From Pachysolen tannophilus NRRL Y-2460 (taxonomy: Eukaryota): a DNA stretch of 47,253 bases. The stretch covers positions 1,146,892 through 1,194,144 of the forward strand of contig KV454014.1 in the NCBI GenBank assembly GCA_001661245.1. Reading direction: 5' to 3'. The notes under the pieces were generated by a model. The model was not told the DNA's origin, did not search any database, and worked only from the letters and a program-made list of their open reading frames with translations. Below are positions 44,401 through 47,253 of this stretch, one piece after another. Both the position numbers and the translations under genes were made by a program. The first letter of the stretch is position 1; every line of letters starts with the position of its first letter.

Positions 44401-47004
44401 ACTTTCGATTTTCTCAGCAATAATATTGTTAGCAGACATAAGACCTGTACCTCTAGTCCAACCAATAACAGCACCAGTAATACTAAGTTCATCTTTCCAA
44501 TTTTCTGAGTGAAATTTGTTGAAAAGAGTTTCTAAAGCAATTTTACTTTCAGAGTACAATCCATCACCACCAAAAGTTCCATGGTTTGGAGACAAAGGCA
44601 AGACAACTTGGCAAGGTCTTGTTTTGATTTTTCTAGAAGTCTTGTTTTTCTTAATACAACCTAAAAGTCTGAGAACATTTTGTAACATAATTCTTTGTGC
44701 TAATGTTGATTTAGAATCAATATTTTCTAATTCAATACCATTTTCTGGAATTGCAGCAAATGGGATGATAGCATCAAGATCCCATCCTAAACCTCCTTTC
44801 TTAGCATCATCATAAATATATGAAATCAAAGCTTCTACATCTTGTTTAGAACCTTGGTTGAAAGGAACAACAACTAAGCATGAACCTGAACCACCATATT
44901 TGGAATACATAGATTGATAATGTTCAGTGACTTTTTTAGAAAATCTAGAAGTAGTGACAACAACCTTAGCACCACCCATTAATAAACCTTTCAAGACTTC
45001 AGCACCAATAGATCCTAAACCTGCACCAGTAATTAAAACGGTTTTATCAGTGAATGATACACCATTGGTAGCTGCATTTTCCAAAGTTTCTAAATAAAGT
45101 TGAGTGATTTCCTTGTTATAAGCAAATTTTTCACCATCTTGTGTTTGAATATGTAAGAATGGGATAACATTTTCAGCAACTTCAACTTTTTTATCACTTT
45201 TGCTGGTTAAAGAAGCAATTTCATCATTTGAAATGGATGAAGTTGTTAAATCTGATCTAACCAAGATAGGGGCTTCATCAACCTCATGTTTAGCAAATTC
45301 AAAGATTTTCTTAAAAAGAGCATCAATTTCTTCTTTTGATTTAGTTGATGCATCTTTTGATAAAGATTTATAAACTTTTGCTAACTCTTCTTTAATACTT
45401 GGTTGTTTAACTTTAGTCAATTCTGAACCTTGAGCAACTTTATAAACATAATCTGATAATTTTCTAATCTTTGGATCAACAACTTCTTCATATTTGACAT
45501 TACCTCTTGAATCAACAGTAGTCTTTGGAGCAGTTGGGTATGATATATCTTTATAAACAGGTTTACTATTAATGACTTGTTTACAATTTTCAATTAATTG
45601 TTGACCCAATTTTTTAGCCAATTGATAAGTTTCACCTCTATCAGCAGGACATTCATCAATACGGTATTGCATAAATTGGATTAAAGTTGGGTTAGCTCTA
45701 TTCATAATATTGATACAACGAGCAACGGTTTCACGGTCAACTGTTGATAATTTATCATTAATAATTTCGAAAAACATTTCGATAGCATCTTGTCTAGCCC
45801 AATTCCATGAAGAATCATAAATTCTTGCCTTTAATGGTGAAAAAGAAGGTACAATACCTGACATGTAATAATCACCATGTTCAGCATTAAATAAATCCAA
45901 TTCTGCTTGTAAGATTTTTGTTGCTTCTTGTTCCTTAATAACTTTTCTTGCATCTGCAGATAAATCCATTTTTAAATATTTTGCAAGAACTTCCAATTGA
46001 TCTCTTGCCATAACTCTTTGATCTTTAGTCATTTCTTCAAACTGAGCTGAATCGATAACTGCACCTGCAGCAGCGCCTGCGCCGGCACCTGAAGAAGCTG
46101 CAGAAGACAGTAATGATACACCTGCAAACTTTTCATATGAACCAATAACTTTATCCAAGAATTCTCTAGCTTCTGGTTCTGATCCAAGACGTTTAGCTGG
46201 TTCCAAAGTTAAGGATAATAATAATGCAGCATCTTGTCTTCCAGGACCTAAACCTCTTGATTCTAAATATTTTCTAGCACTTGTTACTGAAAACCCACCA
46301 GGCATTTTACTTGACATTAATCTTGCAATTAATGAAGAAGTTTGTTTACCCAAAGATCCATTGAATGAATCTTGAAATTGTTCAGCCAATTCTTGTAAAG
46401 GAGTATCTTCTGGTTTTTCTGGAGTAGAACCAAATTCTTTACCCAAATCACCCAAGATTTCATTTTGTACAGTGGACTTACCACCAACCAAATCTTTTAT
46501 AGCTTTGGACATTGGAACTGCATCTAAAGGTTTCTTTAACTTGTGAGCGACTAAAACATGTAAGATCAAAGAAGCCGGGACTGGTTCATCTGGAATTTGT
46601 GCAACTGGGCCTGAAGGAGCAGGAGCAGCAGAAACAGCAGGAGCAGGAGCAGAAGAAGCAGCTGGGGCCAGTACAGAACTAGCCGCCGTTACAACAGGAG
46701 TTTCTTCAGGTACCAAATCAGCTGGATCTGGTTTATAATAAATCTCCTTTGTATCTTTCGAATAAGTTAAAACCTGTCTTTGTAAAGACAACGCCGCATC
46801 ATAACTTTCATATTTTGCTTTAATTGTTCTTGAAGCCATACCAGCCAATGTTGGTGATGGTCCAATCTCAACAACTCTTTCAGTATTATGATCTTTTAAA
46901 AAAACATCTTGAGTCTCAATCCATCTAACTGGAGAAGCAAATTGATAAGCCAATAACTCCGTTAACAACACATGAGATAACTCTTGTTCGATTTCTGGAC
47001 GCAT
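41461..47004 (-). CDS. FAS2: Fatty acid synthase alpha subunit (ACP, KR, KS, PPT domains)
   Basis: [36 protein letters not shown] motif [11 protein letters not shown] motifs [10 protein letters not shown] and [10 protein letters not shown] motifs [15 protein letters not shown] and TGHPKG, PPT motifs GVGVDVE and WSAKEAVFK. First ATG is 47004. Confidence 0.97.
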   Translation of the reverse strand: MRPEIEQELSHVLLTELLAYQFASPVRWIETQDVFLKDHNTERVVEIGPSPTLAGMASRTIKAKYESYDAALSLQRQVLTYSKDTKEIYYKPDPADLVPEETPVVTAASSVLAPAASSAPAPAVSAAPAPSGPVAQIPDEPVPASLILHVLVAHKLKKPLDAVPMSKAIKDLVGGKSTVQNEILGDLGKEFGSTPEKPEDTPLQELAEQFQDSFNGSLGKQTSSLIARLMSSKMPGGFSVTSARKYLESRGLGPGRQDAALLLSLTLEPAKRLGSEPEAREFLDKVIGSYEKFAGVSLLSSAASSGAGAGAAAGAVIDSAQFEEMTKDQRVMARDQLEVLAKYLKMDLSADARKVIKEQEATKILQAELDLFNAEHGDYYMSGIVPSFSPLKARIYDSSWNWARQDAIEMFFEIINDKLSTVDRETVARCINIMNRANPTLIQFMQYRIDECPADRGETYQLAKKLGQQLIENCKQVINSKPVYKDISYPTAPKTTVDSRGNVKYEEVVDPKIRKLSDYVYKVAQGSELTKVKQPSIKEELAKVYKSLSKDASTKSKEEIDALFKKIFEFAKHEVDEAPILVRSDLTTSSISNDEIASLTSKSDKKVEVAENVIPFLHIQTQDGEKFAYNKEITQLYLETLENAATNGVSFTDKTVLITGAGLGSIGAEVLKGLLMGGAKVVVTTSRFSKKVTEHYQSMYSKYGGSGSCLVVVPFNQGSKQDVEALISYIYDDAKKGGLGWDLDAIIPFAAIPENGIELENIDSKSTLAQRIMLQNVLRLLGCIKKNKTSRKIKTRPCQVVLPLSPNHGTFGGDGLYSESKIALETLFNKFHSENWKDELSITGAVIGWTRGTGLMSANNIIAEKIESYKVKTFSQMEMSFNILGLIDNKISNLAQTTPLLADLNGGLQHILNLKEITAQARQEIVSKSEIKQAVHKDHSIDVRTINGENSETPYLKHSITKYSNNKYAFPTLKPYSAIKSNELEGLLDLEKVIVVTGFAEVGPWGSARTRWEMEAYGHFSLEGCIEMAWIMGKIKHHSGNLKGKPYSGWVDAKTNEPVADKDVKKKYEEEIISHSGIRMIEPELFNNYNPNHKKFIQEVVLEKEMTFVSSEETARMFKLEHKDLCFISKIEGSDEYDVKLMKGTTLFVPKALKFDRLVAGQIPTGWNAATYGVSQDIIDQVDPVTLYVLVATAEALISSGITDPYEFYKYVHVSEVGNCSGSGMGGVSALRGMFKDRYQDKPVQNDILQESFINTMSAWVNMLLLSSSGPIKTPVGACATAVESVDIGVETILSGKAKICLVGGYDDFQEEGSYEFANMNATSNSLEEAKKGRTPSEMSRPATTTRSGFMESQGSGIQVIMTADIALKMGVPIYAIVALTNTATDKISRSVPAPGKGILTVAREVPGNGTKNPKLDIKYRKRLLEQRKRQIKLFVDSEIEIAREEAGDDKALLQELLEQVNESAVKQLKQAQHELGNEFWKNDPKIAPLRGALATFNLTIDDLGVASFHGTSTKANDKNESDAINSMLSHLGRTPGNAIYGVFQKYLTGHPKGAAGAWMLNGAIQILLSGIVPGNRNADNIDKIMEQFKYILYPSRSIQTDGIKAVSVTSFGFGQKGAQAVVIHPDYLYASLDQGTYEEYAKRVAVRYNKTYKYMHNAVLHNSLFVAKDKSPYSDELEKPVYLNPLARVDTVKGELEKLEFTKKSVEAKKLISDNLSSMTKNLAGQKGVGVDVELLSAVNISNETFVERNFTEAEISYCSSAPSPQSSFTGTWSAKEAVFKALGVKSQGGGASLKDIEILRDSNGAPKVLLSGSAAVAASEAGVKSIKVSISHDDAQAVAVAISEF

Positions 47005-47253
47005 ATCCAATTACAAACAATAGTAATATAGTAATGATTAATATACAATCTATTAAATTTATATATATATATATACTAAAGATAAATAGTTAATTATCTA
47101 TATTGTGCTTTTAACCCTATATTTATCTTCACTACTTTTTTTGTTTTTTTTGTTTTGTTTTTTCTATTTTTTTACCGCCATTTCAGAAAGTTGGGTTTTT
47201 TCAAAAATTTTTTCATTTTTTTTTGGGTATTTTTTTTTTTTTTTTTTTTTTTT

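Noticed and set aside
41519..44815. Short overlapping or antisense ORFs within FAS2 (likewise in LYS4, PAC11 and ULP1)
   Set aside because: Expected shadows of codon-biased genes; no independent coding signal.

Overview
This is AT-rich budding-yeast (Saccharomycotina) chromosomal DNA, with no tRNA, rRNA, transposon or CRISPR array evident. It holds about 18 protein-coding genes: a partial acidic ORF, a Con7-like C2H2 factor, ULP1, two MNN1/MNT-type mannosyltransferases, VTC2/3, IES1, an intron-split complex I B8/NDUFA2 subunit absent from the ORF track, YME2, a large disordered unknown protein, NHP2, LYS4, intron-containing RRS1, MSH4, ASP1, SLD5, PAC11 and FAS2. (1) CTG codons repeatedly sit where Ala is expected, so the genome probably uses the CUG-Ala code (Pachysolen-like clade) and the supplied translations are likely wrong at CTG. 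(2) VTC2/3 has a single in-frame TAA inside its membrane domain, with the frame intact for 87 codons beyond it. (3) The Ulp1 SUMO protease has Asn in place of the catalytic Asp and a transmembrane-like segment. (4) There is a probable homopolymer frameshift in the first ORF and several clustered promoter motifs. All homologue comparisons are from memory; no searches were run.
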